This document shows, piece by piece, positions 1 through 10,724 of a stretch of DNA of 64,000 nucleotides (position 1 is its first letter; each line of letters opens with the position of its first letter). The stretch lies in NCBI RefSeq assembly GCF_032444005.1, contig NC_091284.1:301444001-301508000 (forward strand), given 5' to 3'. The translations under genes and the position numbers were made by a program. The DNA comes from Ranitomeya imitator. Its lineage: Eukaryota. Below the pieces are notes generated by a model. The model did not search any database and was not told where the DNA came from. It saw only the letters and a program-made list of their open reading frames with translations.

Positions 1-270
1 GTGTCTTCGGATACACTGAGAGAAACTTGCAATGTGAAGAGTTGCAAAACCTGCACTCATGTAGAGAGACCAACGATAGGATGTAGATTCCCAATACACA
101 GCAGGACTATAAGATTCCCCGGACATTCACATGTTGCTCTTCCAATGTGGTGCACTATATGTCCTTTTAGGGGCCTCTATGTGGGAGAAACAGGACAGAA
201 AGTGAGAGCAAGGATGAGGGTGAGGTGAGGTCTCATCGCACCACAATTAAAGATAAAAATAAACCAAAAA
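1..270 (+). mobile_element. Penelope-like element relic, GIY-YIG endonuclease fragment
   Basis: ORF 1-228 has CxxxxCxxC followed by CxxCxxxxLYVGETGQKVRARM, and SHRTTIKDK follows in another frame; typical PLE C-terminal GIY-YIG. Confidence 0.75.
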
Positions 271-277
271 GTTTTAA

Positions 278-525
278 GGGTATGTGCACACGTTGCAGAT
301 TTGCCTGTGGAATTTTCTGCGTGGATTCTTCCTCTCTTGACAGAAAACGCAGTTGAAAATCCACACGGATTTGATGCGGATTTTCATGCGGATTTGTATG
401 TGTTTTTGTAGGCTAAACAAAGATATATTATTTAACAACAAAAAAAAAAGAATCGTGATGTCATTTCCTTGTCTAACCTCTTCTTTTACATACTCCATTG
501 AAGAATAATGTTTACACACACACAC

Positions 526-581
<56 letters not shown>

Positions 582-660
582 GATATTACCAAGCCCGATA
601 CCAAGTAATAAACATAATAAAATGGTACATAAAGAGTTAAATAAAGACACACGCACTCTG
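278..660. mobile_element. Left end of a Harbinger-like non-autonomous element containing a (GATA)n tract
   Basis: TAA then GGGTATGTGCACACGTTGC, similar to the TIR of the MITE at 14101; no right end found. Confidence 0.4.
527..583. repeat. (GATA)n microsatellite
   Basis: Direct reading. Confidence 0.95.
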
Positions 661-665
661 CATTA

Positions 666-829
666 GGTCAGGGTCACACTTGCCAGAAACTCGCACGAGT
701 CTCGCACCTCAATACCCGGCACTGAATAGAAATACATGCTGCCACAGACTCCAGTCCCGAGTACCGATGGCAGTGCCGGGTATTGAGGTGCGAGACTCGT
801 GCGCGTTTCTCACAAGTGTGACCCCGGTT
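666..829. mobile_element. PIF/Harbinger-type palindromic MITE
   Basis: TTA TSD at 663-665 and 830-832; TIRs GGTCAGGGTCACACTTG / CAAGTGTGACCCCGGTT; internally palindromic. Confidence 0.8.
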
Positions 830-1830
830 TTAAACGCAATATCTGTTTAATTTAAAAAAAATGGAAAAAAATGGTGTGGACTCCCGTGCAATTTTCCAAA
901 CCAGAGAGGGAAAGCCTCTGGGGCTGATGCTTATAACCTGGGAAGGGGGTAATACCCATGGTGCTTCCCAGGCTATTAATATAAGCTCACAGCTGTATAC
1001 TTAGCCTTTAATGGCTATAAGAATAGGGGAACCCCTCAAAAAATGATGTGGGATCCCCTATAATTAATAGCCAGAAAAGGCTATGCAGACAGCTGCGGGC
1101 TGATATTAATAGCCTAGTAAGGGGCCATGGATATTGACCCCTCCGGCTACAAACACCAGCTCTCAGCCACCCCCCTGCCCCCCCAGAAATGGCGCATCTC
1201 TAAGATGTGCCAATTCCATTACTTAACCTCTCTCTTCCCACTTGCCCTGTAGCGGTGGCATATGGTGTAATAGTTGTGGGGTTAATGTCAACTTAGTAAT
1301 GTAAGATGACATCAAGCCCATGGCTTAGTAATGGAGAGGTGTCATTAAGACACCTATCCATTACTGATCCTACAGTTGTTACATATTAAATAAAGACACA
1401 TCCAGAATAAAGTATTTTAATGAAATAAAACACCACACAGTTTCCCATATTTATTATACGCCTAATTCCTGTGACGCCCTCGTTCTCCTGCAAAAAATAA
1501 AATAATAAACCATCACAAATACTCCCTGTTCCAATGTAATCCATTTAAAAACGACTGCCTCACTACGATCTTCCATGTAGAGCGGTCACATCAGGAGTTG
1601 TGAGCGTTCTACAGGGGCCTCCGATGATACACTGACTGACACTGAGATAATACTCCCGCAGTGTAGTTCATTGGACTTCGTGCTCTCACTTTACGGCACT
1701 ACAGCTGCATGAGAATTTTCTTACGCAGCGGTGCTGCAAGTGACAGGATGAACTCTGGCGACCTCTAGGCGGTGGAGTGATACAGTGTGGGAGGATACCT
1801 CCTGTCACTGTATCACCGATACCCCTGTAG

Positions 1831-2200
1831 AGCAAATATCAAAAAAAGCCCAATAAAGTCTGACGAAGCCCTATCAGTGAGGGCGATATGCGTGGGGCCT
1901 CGTTCCTGGTTCATCCACTTGGTATATGGGGATATCTCTCCCCTGTCAATATCGAACTACGGGTAATCTATTCTCTTGTACCCCCTGGGGTTTGTTTCAT
2001 GGGCTTTTTTGATATTTGCTTACTAATGGTTCCCGGCTAAGGGCTTATAAGCCCTGGGAAATGTTTTTTTTTTCTCTCTACATCCTTTTTAGGATATTTC
2101 TTGTGGGGTCATTTTTTTGGCTGGGTATTAGGCTTATTATTAGCAGTCCTATGAGCCAGTAGATATACAGACTGTTGTTCTGATATTGTACTATGTATGG
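1831..2200 (+). mobile_element. PLE 3' repeat (pLTR) fragment with short fold-back and HHR-like motif
   Basis: 1831-1852 is the inverted copy of 2000-2020; CTGACGA-A-GCCCT..AGGGC-GATATGCGTG at 1860-1894; T-rich tail; right boundary approximate. Confidence 0.55.
1860..1898 (+). ncRNA. Hammerhead-like motif (U14, G17 variant; stem I not supported)
   Basis: CUGACGA core, extra A, 5-bp stem II, GAUA instead of GAAA, near-palindromic AUGCGU, then G. Confidence 0.45.
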
Positions 2201-2204
2201 TTTA

Positions 2205-3060
2205 TCTATGTGGGTATCATCTTTAATGGACTAGGTTCCTTGTTGGTTGTATTTAAAATATGTTTTAATGTGTGTGGTGTCCTAATAAAAACCTCTTTTT
2301 TGGAATTTTGTACATATTGCTTGTTGTGCATCATTACAGTGGCGCTTTTAGTGATTTTTAGACGCTGCCATACTTCCTGCTGGGTTAAGCAGGTGACAAT
2401 TAATGGGGAATTTTTGTTATCACTGATCATATTGTCTGCCATGGAATTTTCTTGTGTAAATACTGATGAAAAAAAAGTCATTTAGCATATTGGCTTTTTC
2501 CTCATCCTTATCCACCATTTCACCCAGACTATTTTTAAGGGGGCCAACACTATCATTTTTTAGCTTCTTACTATTTACGAAGTTACAGAATATTTTGGGA
2601 TTATTTTTACTCTCTCTGGCAATGAGTCTCTCTGTCTCAATTTTTGCTGCCTTGATTTGTTTTTTACAGAATGTATTTAATTTTCTGTATTTATTTAATG
2701 CCTCATCATACTTCCTTTAATTCTCTAAATGCTTTCTTTTTGTCACTTATTGCGCCCCTTACAGCTCTATTTAGCCATATTGGTTTCCTCCTATTTCTAG
2801 TATGTTTATTCCCATACGGTATATACTGTGCACAGGTCCTATCCAGGATGCTAATAAACATCTCCCATTTTCTTTGTGTATTTTTATGTCTCAGGATATC
2901 GTCCCAGTTAATTGCACCAAGATCATCTCTCATCCGTTGGAAATTTGCCTTCCTGAAGTTTAGTGTCCTTGTAACCCCCCTACTACACATCTTATTGAAG
3001 GTTACATGAAAACTTATTATTTTGTGATCCCTATTTCCCAAGTGACCCCCAACCCTTATA
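2205..3060 (-). mobile_element. CR1 LINE ORF2 fragment (region between endonuclease and RT)
   Basis: TLNFRKANFQRMRDDLGAINWD..KWEMFISIL..YIP..KPIWLNRAVRGAISDKKKAF and NIISDNKNSPLIVTC; boundaries approximate. Confidence 0.85.
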
Positions 3061-3118
3061 TTTGCTACTAGATGATGGCCCGATTCTAACGCATCGGGTA
3101 TTCTAGAATATGCATGTC

Positions 3119-3508
3119 CATGTAGTATATTGCCCAGTCACGTAGTATATTGCCCAGTCACGTAGTACATTGCCCAGCCACGTAGTACATTGCCCAGCCA
3201 CGTAGTATATTGCCCAGGCACGTAGTATATTGCCCAGTGACGTAGTATATTGCCCAGTGACGTAGTATATTGCCCAGTGACGTAGTATATTGCCCAGTGA
3301 CGTAGTATATTGCCCAGGCACGTAGTATATTGCCCAGTGACGTAGTATATTGCCCAGTGAAGTAGTATATTGCCCAGTGACGTAGTATATTGCCCAGTGT
3401 CGTAGTATACAGCACAGAGCCACGTAGTATATTGCACAGCAACGTAGTATACAGCACAGAGCCACGTAATATATTGCCCAGCCACGTAGTACATTGCCCA
3501 GCCACGTA
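3119..3508. repeat. 20-bp minisatellite (GTAGTATATTGCCCAGTCAC) inside the Helitron
   Basis: About 19 tandem units; source of spurious ORFs 3103-3514. Confidence 0.95.
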
Positions 3509-4097
3509 TGTCACAGGTTAAAAAATAAACATATACTCACCTTACGAGGGCCCCTTGTAGTTCGGTCACATGACCGCGACGTCATCACTGGCCCTGCGCA
3601 CCTGCGCGAGAAGGACCTGCCATGACGTCACGGTCATGTGACCGAGACGTCATCACAGGCCCTGCGCGCGCCTGCGTGAGAAGGACCTGCCATGACATCG
3701 CGGTCACATGACCGTGACGTCATGGTTGGTCCTTCTCCCATACAATCCTTGGTGCCGGAACCTGTCGGAGCGTCGCGAAAGGTGAGTATATAATGATTTT
3801 TTTTTTTTTTTTTTAATTATTTTTAACATTAGATGTTTTTACTATTGACGCTGCATAGGCAGCATCAATAGTAAAAACTTGGTCACACAGGGTTAATAGC
3901 GGCGGTAACGGAGTGTGTTACCCGCGGTCCGTTACCGCTGGCATTAACCCTGTGTGAGCGGTGACTGCGGGGAGTATGGAGCAGGCGCCAGGCGCTGACT
4001 GCAGGAGAGGGACTAATCGGACCGGGGTCATCGCTGATTGGTCGCGGCAGCCATGAGATTCCATGACAGAAGGACAGAAAGACGGAAGTGACCCTTA

Positions 4098-4453
4098 GGC
4101 TAGGTTCACATTGCATTAGGGCAGTCTGTTTAGCGCATATCGCTATGGACTGCGCTAACGCAAGGTCCCAAAAGGGATCGCGTTTGGCGATCCCGCTAGT
4201 GCAGATACCCGATCTGCGCTAGCAAGGGATGGATCTCGGACGCTGAAAGCAGCGTCCGCGGTCCGTCCGAAACTAACGGGACATCGCTAGCGCGTGCCGA
4301 AAATGGCATGCGCTAGCGATGCGCTAGAGATCCGTTAGCACATTGCCGTCAATGGGTGCGCTAACGGATCCGTTGCATGGCGTTAATTGCGACAATTTCG
4401 CCATGTAACGGAGTCCGCTAGCGTTAACCCATTAACGCAATGTGAACCTCGCC
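4098..4453. mobile_element. PIF/Harbinger-type MITE inserted in the Helitron
   Basis: TTA TSD at 4095-4097 and 4454-4456; TIRs GGCTAGGTTCACATTGC / GCAATGTGAACCTCGCC. Confidence 0.85.
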
Positions 4454-4506
4454 TTAGACAATTATATAGTAGATGCGGTCTGGCCTGTTGGTTAATATTA
4501 GGTCTA

Positions 4507-4976
4507 CAAAATACCAAAGAACAAAACCTTCACAAAAAGGGACCACCAAGTATATATAAAAGGTACAAACTTTATTGAATATACATAAAAGGAATAAAAC
4601 AGGGCAGTAGCCACCAGTGCAGCAGCAGAGGTAACATATAAGATAACAATAAATATAGTACAAATAACTGTGCATAGCTTATGCACAGTTATTTGTACTA
4701 TATTTATTGTTATCTTCTATACTGTTTTGAAGATTTCTTTTCTGTATTCTTTTTACCATTACCATGTATGCTGTTAGTACTGAGGTTGCCCCCGAGTGAG
4801 TCCCACCTCTGCTGCTGCACTGGTGGCTACTGCCCTATTTTATTCCTTTTATGTATATTCAATAATGTTTGTACCTTTTATATATACTTGGTGGTCCCTT
4901 TTTGTGAAGGTTTTGTTCTTTGGTATTTTCTATTTGGTTCCTTCATGGTCCAGTCTGGGATATTATTTGGTGTTTC
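4507..4976. mobile_element. 470-bp fold-back insertion (probable PLE 3' tip) with 14-bp TSD
   Basis: TAATATTAGGTCTA at 4493-4506 and 4977-4990; hairpin centre TGCATA-GCT-TATGCA (loop 4677-4679); outer arms about 4507-4632 and 4805-4929. Confidence 0.75.
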
Positions 4977-5382
4977 TAATATTAGGTCTAGCAGTGCACC
5001 CCTTCTTGTTGGGACCAAAATCAGCAGAGAAAAGAAAGCAGCAAACAGTCCAAAGTTATGAAGAATACAAAAGAAACTTAATTAACAATAATGCCAGATA
5101 AAAACATGACAGAGGGACAAAGCAATCCCCGCACTACACAAAGCATGCACCTAAGCGGGCAGGGGATAAATGTCTACAGTACAAAAATACATACACTACT
5201 AACCCTACAAAAACAGCTCATAAGAAATCAAAAGTTGTGCAGGACTGACCTAGTATAGCCAAATATACTTAGAACCGTGTGGTCCATGATTTTATAGCAA
5301 CGCCCATGCACAATATCTAGTATATACATACCGGGTAAAGTAGAGAAATCACACGTATGGACTGGCACCTCACCCCTGTCCT

Positions 5383-5420
5383 CCCCGACGCGCGTTTCGG
5401 CTAATGCCTTTTTCAAGGGG
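5383..5420 (-). ncRNA. Minimal type I hammerhead ribozyme, U3:A8 variant
   Basis: CCCC UUGAAAA A GGC-AUUA-GCC GAAA CGCGCG UC GGGG on the minus strand; 4-bp stem I, palindromic stem III, GUC site. Confidence 0.8.
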
Positions 5421-6516
5421 TATGCTGGTGACAGGCTGGGTGAAGTATATGAAGGGAAGTGGCACACAGTGATAGGGCTAAATTCAACTGTCTAACCAAT
5501 AGCAGCGGAGTACCTAATAAATCTGCTCCTAAAACACCTGAACGCCATACAGCAGAAGCCGCATGGGACCCCATGTGCTCCCGCAGTGATGGCGCCATGA
5601 TGCTAGGGCGGAAACAGCACTTCTGGAATGCTGTGCGATCACAGGGCGTCCGCGCATGCGCATTTCGCACCAGTCGCCCATTTTTAAGAAGACCATGAAT
5701 AGAAATACTATGTGGCCATTTTGGTGTAGACTATATTGCAGATAACTGCGCGGCCATATTATTGAAGCCTGCAGCGCAGATATTAGGGGGAAACCTGTTC
5801 GATAGTGCCCATAAGGAGCAGGTAGTTTATATAATAAGGAAAGAATCTCTAATATCTAATATAGTCCCTGGCACATAAGGTAGCCCACATCAGTGCATCC
5901 ATATAGGGTGCAACTGAATAGCGCTGCAGCCCCATAATATGATATATATAAAGCAGCCAAATCTATATGGTACGATATAATATTAGAACAGCCGGATGAG
6001 GATTAAATACAGGTCTATATATAGCTATTGAAGACCACATTGAACAAGCCCAAGTGCAATAAAATATGAAAAATAGGAATAGAAAAACAAAAAACAGAGG
6101 AAGAAAGAATATATAAAACAATAATAACAATCAAGGCAACGGTGGGGATAATCAGCATAACAGATATATCGGTTAGTAACGGAACCAAGTAATCCCATTC
6201 TCTATGGACTAGATCACTCAGATACAAAGTAAGTAGTCCATCATAGACGGACAAGAGGTGTCCACAGGAATGCATCCAGATAGTAGTAAGAAGTTTCTTT
6301 AAACGGCCTAGTTACACATTGTCCGTTACTTCATCCTCTGGACGAGTATATGTGGTTCAAAAGAATCCTTAAGTTGCTCCCAGGATAGTAACCGATAAGT
6401 CATCCTCACGTGCCGCGATCATCAGTACTATAATAAAAAAGCACCCATTAAAATCACAATAAAATAAAGTACATGCGGAAGTGCACACAGAGATTTTAGC
6501 AAAAGCAACCAGTGGA

Positions 6517-7713
6517 CTACAAAAACGGGGCAAATGAAATATTTTCATTCAGACCCTCTGGATAGATAGTCTGGAGACGCCAAATCCATCGCGTCTCCAG
6601 CATGTCGAGCCTCTTGGAAAGCTGGCCCCCCCTGATGTTAATTCTTAGGGCATCAATCCCCCTAACCCTTAACAACGTTGCATCACATCCATGGTGCTCC
6701 CAGAAATGTCTGGGCAACGTTTTAAGCATCGAAGAATCCGTGTGGTCACGTGCCGCCTGTATACCCAGAACATGCTCCCGAATACGGACCTTTAATTGAC
6801 GGGTAGTCAATCCCACGTAAATAAGTCCGCAGAGGCAGGTGGCATAATAGATGACCTATCGTGTGGTGCACGTAATATGCGTTCTGATGGAATACACCTT
6901 GGCACCCTTTGAATCAACAAATGTGTCACAGGTATCCACATTGGGACAGGCGACACAGTGGCCACACGGATTACATCCGGCCCTGGGGGTATATCTCTCC
7001 AGAAAGGTTGGGGGATGTTGGCTCACATGATGACTTTGGACCAGACAATCCCGGAGGTTTCTAGCACGTCTGAATGTCACCAATGGCCGAGTAGGGAGAA
7101 ATTTCCCAATAATCGGGTCCACCTTCAGAATTAGCCAAGCTCTCTCCAAAGTCTGGCGTATCTGATCAGATTGAAGGCTGAAGGTGGTGATAAACCTAGT
7201 TTTTTCGTTGGCACCAACAGAGGGTCGACTGGGAGGACCATAAATTAAGCTATCACGAGAGGTATGCTTAGCTCTTAAATAAGCTTTTTTTATGGACCTA
7301 CCACTGTAACCACGCTCCCTGAATCTTAGACGAAGTTCATCAGCTCTTTTTTCAAAGTCCCCCATATTAGAGCAAATTCGTCTAAGACGGAGAAATTGCC
7401 CCACCAGGATAGATTTTATCATGTGTTTGGGGTGTCCCGAGGTAGCGTGTAACAGGGTGTTAGTCGATGTTTTTTACGGAAGATATCCGTATTTAGAATC
7501 CCCCTCATATCTCTCTTTATTGTAACATCTAAGAAGTCAATGGATTCAACACTCGACACAAACGTGAGGTGGTTGTTTAGGTCGTTGCTGTTCAGGAGAG
7601 ACATGAACTGCACAAGGTCGGCGGATGTGCCCTGCCAGATGAAGAAGACATCATCGATGTAGCGTGTCCACAATGGGACACGGTCAATCGATCCCTGATC
7701 TGACAGGGGAGGG
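6517..7713 (-). pseudogene. PLE-A RT-GIY-YIG polyprotein remnant (frameshifted)
   Basis: ORFs 7419-7673, 6856-7422 and 6517-6816 are consecutive parts of one PLE ORF. Confidence 0.9.
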
Positions 7714-7912
7714 GCGTGCCGAAAATGGCATGCGCTAGCGATGCGCTAGAGATCCGTTAGCACATTGCCATCAATGGTTGCCATCAATGGGTGCGCTAAC
7801 GGATCCGTTGCATGGCGTTAATTGCGACAATTTCGCCATGTAACGGAGTCCGCTAGCGTTAACCCATTAACACAATGTGAACCTAGCCGTAGACAATTAT
7901 ATAGTAGATGCG
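7714..7912. repeat. Direct duplicate of 4292-4477 (MITE right half plus Helitron 5' end)
   Basis: Near-identical; about 4 substitutions and one 13-bp tandem duplication (TTGCCATCAATGG). Confidence 0.95.
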
Positions 7913-8145
7913 TGTGGTCCAGTCCTTTATTTAAGACATATAAAATAACAGCTTCATGGCTTGAGGGAGTGCAGATGGAAGGGAGGTGAGCAGGGAACGG
8001 CGACGGCCGTTTCACTCTGTTAAAGCGCTTCTACGGGTCTGGTATAATAGGAAGTGATGCTGGCTAAAATAGGTAAGTCAGAGCTGACCACCCCCACCCC
8101 ACCCCACGCCCCTATCCCAGATACCGAGTGCAACATGTGCATAAC

Positions 8146-8244
8146 ATCAACATGTTAGGGCATGTTAGGTTAGGCTATGGGTTGAACTAGATGGACTTAT
8201 AGTCTTCCTTCAACATTAATAACTATGTAACTATGTAACTATGT
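8146..8244 (+). mobile_element. CR1 3'-end fragment inserted in the left arm of PLE-B
   Basis: Matches the CR1 tail at about 15270-15372 ending in (AACTATGT)n; ATAAC TSD; empty site preserved in the right arm. Confidence 0.9.
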
Positions 8245-8698
8245 ATAACGTACAAAGCACAAACAATGAATTAAAAACAACCACCCTGGAACAAAATCAT
8301 GAAATAAATACAGAGAATGGACACCATATTACCAGTTTATACAGAAAAGCCCAGGACCAAGCCGAAAGAGACATCAAAAGAAGACATCGGGTATATTAGA
8401 TCGTAACATGTGAGTGTACTGTCTGAATTTAAACTGCGGGGAATGCTACCAATTAAATGAGAAGGGGGAACCGATAGATTAAACCAAACTTTAGAAATCA
8501 TAAAAAAACGGACATATACCATAATATGGTATCCATTCTCTGTATTTATTTCATGATTTTGTTCCAGGGTGGTTGTTTTTAATTAATTGTTTGTGTTTTG
8601 TACGTTATGCACATGTTGTACTCGGTATTTGGGATAGGGGGTGGGGGTGGTCAGCTCTGACTCACCTATTTTAGCCAGCGTCACTTCCCATTATACCA

Positions 8699-8739
8699 GA
8701 CCCGTAGAAGCGCTTTAACAGCGCAAAACGGCCATCGTC
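8699..8739 (+). ncRNA. Degenerate hammerhead-like motif (inverted partner at 7999-8039)
   Basis: GAC CCGUAGA A GCGCU-UUAAC-AGCGC AAAA CGGCCA UC GUC; the partner retains GAAACGGCCGUC; core altered at positions 4 and 6. Confidence 0.45.
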
Positions 8740-8867
8740 GTTCCCTGCTCACCTCCCTTCCATCTGCACTCCTTCGAGCCGTGAAGCTGTTATTTTATAT
8801 GTCCTAAATAAAGGACTGGACCACACGAAGCTTGGTGAGTGCTGCCGCATATTTCTGCTCATGTTCA

Positions 8868-9030
8868 AGCCCGAAACACCGTGTCTGCGAATTGAGATAT
8901 TGATTTGGCTCTTATCCTAAGTCATATTGCACGACTCGTTAAAGGGTTGATTGTGACTTGTAGGATCGCTACTTCCAACAGGTGGCGCTATAGAGTTTAA
9001 GTCCTCTTTTTCTCAGAAGAGGCAATTTGC
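8868..9030 (+). repeat. Short interspersed repeat starting with the 3' half of a hammerhead motif
   Basis: AGCCC-GAAAC-ACCGT-GTC-TGC at 8868-8888; no CUGANGA half upstream; family recalled from frog repeats, not verified. Confidence 0.35.
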
Positions 9031-9736
9031 GTATTAAGAGTCTTGCAAAAGAAGTAGATGGTTTGCCCTTATGAAGATGATGAGTGTTTATAGTCTGGTC
9101 CAACTTCCAAATATTCCAGATCTGCTCTCTTAGGGTCCAGTTTGTTGTCACAACCTGTGCCATCTTTTTGCTTGGACACTGAGAAGTCCAATTTATTCAA
9201 ACAGACCTTTCAGAGAGTAATATCTACAATGCTAGTAAGCATCAGACCCCTTCCGCTAAAAGTTGCATTACAATTTAGAAGAGGTTCGCCTACACAGGGT
9301 TAGTCTACACAGGATTTTGACGTGGACAAAGTATATTCCTCACCTGTTTGACTTCCTCCAGGCGGGTTTAGATTTGGGTTTATTTCATTGTACTTTTAAA
9401 GGGGTACTATTTGACCCCCTTTAACATTTCCCAATTTTTATAGCAAACTTTTCTAATATATTTTCATTATTTGCCCTTCTATGAGCACATTTTTGTGTGG
9501 GTCAATGTAATCCTTTGGTGACATGCAGTCAATATTTTCTCTGTTATCTCCCACTCGCATCTCATCTAGGCACAGGATTCAGACAGAATGAGAGGAGCAT
9601 GTCACTCTTCTCCTGATGTGAGCGGAGCTGCCTTTCTATAATTGAAAGTACGATGGATTAAAGGTTCATTTTTCATTTCAAATGTGATCCAATTGATAGT
9701 TTTATTACATCAGTAATAAATAAGAGTTGGTGTTTA

Positions 9737-10580
9737 TTGGAAAGCAATAAAGACTTGCATGAGAAAATGATATGCAACCCTCTCATCACATATAAATCTA
9801 ATTGTAACTTGAAGTATAAGTTAGTACGAAATAGGATTAAAACAGTCACATTTGATCTTAGATTAAATGAAATGGTTTTAAAGGGTAATTTTAAATGTGG
9901 ACATTGCTCTTTTTGCAGTTATATTATTGATACTACTAATCCTATTCCTATGAGCCCAACTACACATGGAGTTATTATTATTATTATTATTATTTATATA
10001 GCACCATTGATTCCATGGTACTTTACATGAAAATGGGTTACATACAAGTTACAGATATCACTTACAGTGAACAAACTAACAATGACAGACTGATACAGAG
10101 GGGCGAGGACCCTGCCCTTGCGGGCTTACATTCTACAGGATTATGGGGAAGGAGACAGTAGGTTGGGGGTTGCAGGCGCTCCGGTGTTGGTGAGGCGGTA
10201 GCTTCGGTAGTGATGAGGAGGCAGCGGGGTCAGTGCAGGCTGTAGGCTTTCCTGAAGAAATGGGTTTTCAGGTTCCGTCTGAAGGGATCCGAATGTTGTT
10301 GATAGTTGGAACATGTTGGGGCAAAGACTTCGAGGATGGAGGATATTCTGGAGAAGTCTTGAGTTGCTCAGTTTACATATAAAACACAATATTTAGTATA
10401 TGTCGTTTTAGGACCTTTATTATTTATTTGATATTTGTAAAAATATCAGACCCCCATTTGTAAGATTTTGAGAAATTTTTGCTCTATTTAATCTGAAAAG
10501 GGTTCTGCACGTTTGATGAAACGTGCAAGAGGTTCACCAAGAAGATCCCAAGGTTCTTGGATTTGTAGGACAAGTAATAC
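9737..10580 (+). mobile_element. Old PLE relic (linker and GIY-YIG), split by an L2
   Basis: CNPLITYKSNCNLKYKLVR..GNFKCGHCSFC, resuming after the L2 as GEVLRVAQFTYKTQYLVYV. Confidence 0.65.
9972..10348 (-). mobile_element. L2 LINE 3' end
   Basis: LKTHFFRKAY C-terminus on the minus strand, 3' UTR and (TAA)n tail; possible TGGAG TSD at 9967-9971 and 10349-10353. Confidence 0.8.
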
Positions 10581-10724
10581 ATTGCCTTAACGGTGAAGTG
10601 ACCAACAAAAATTTTTCTTTCAAAAAGAAGCAAAATAGTTTATTAAAACTAATGCACGAGGGCTGAAATGTTTCAATTGTCAGAATTATGTGATGGTTTA
10701 AATCTGAATCTTTGTGCAGTTAAA

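Larger units (their letters stand above)
3068..4473 (-). mobile_element. Non-autonomous Helitron
   Basis: Minus strand starts A|TCTACTATATAA (4473) and ends with hairpin CCCGAT-GCGTTAGA-ATCGGG then CCATCATCTAG|T (3068); A|T target, no TSD. Confidence 0.85.
4478..7713 (-). mobile_element. 5'-truncated Neptune-like Penelope element (PLE-A)
   Basis: Frameshifted RT (WTRYIDDVFFIW), thumb, CxxCxxCxxC linker and GIY-YIG end (LQTIYPEGLNE) at 6517-7713; long 3' region carrying an HHR at 5383-5420. Confidence 0.9.
7911..8862. mobile_element. Palindromic PLE pLTR fragment (PLE-B)
   Basis: Arms 7911-8331 and 8522-8827, 190-bp spacer; degenerate HHR-like motif in each arm; GTGAGT donor-like site at 8835. 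Confidence 0.75.

Noticed and set aside
3103-3514. Repetitive ORFs of about 120 aa
   Set aside because: 20-bp minisatellite in the Helitron
6015-6275. Hydrophobic 86-aa ORF (and 74-aa ORF 35867-36091) downstream of PLE endonucleases as a possible second PLE gene
   Set aside because: No similarity between the two; explained by T-rich composition; would need family-level dN/dS to revive
8847-8862. Possible TSD for PLE-B (ATATTTCTGCTCATG vs reconstructed ATATTTGCTATG)
   Set aside because: Requires several indels and reconstruction across the Helitron; too weak to call
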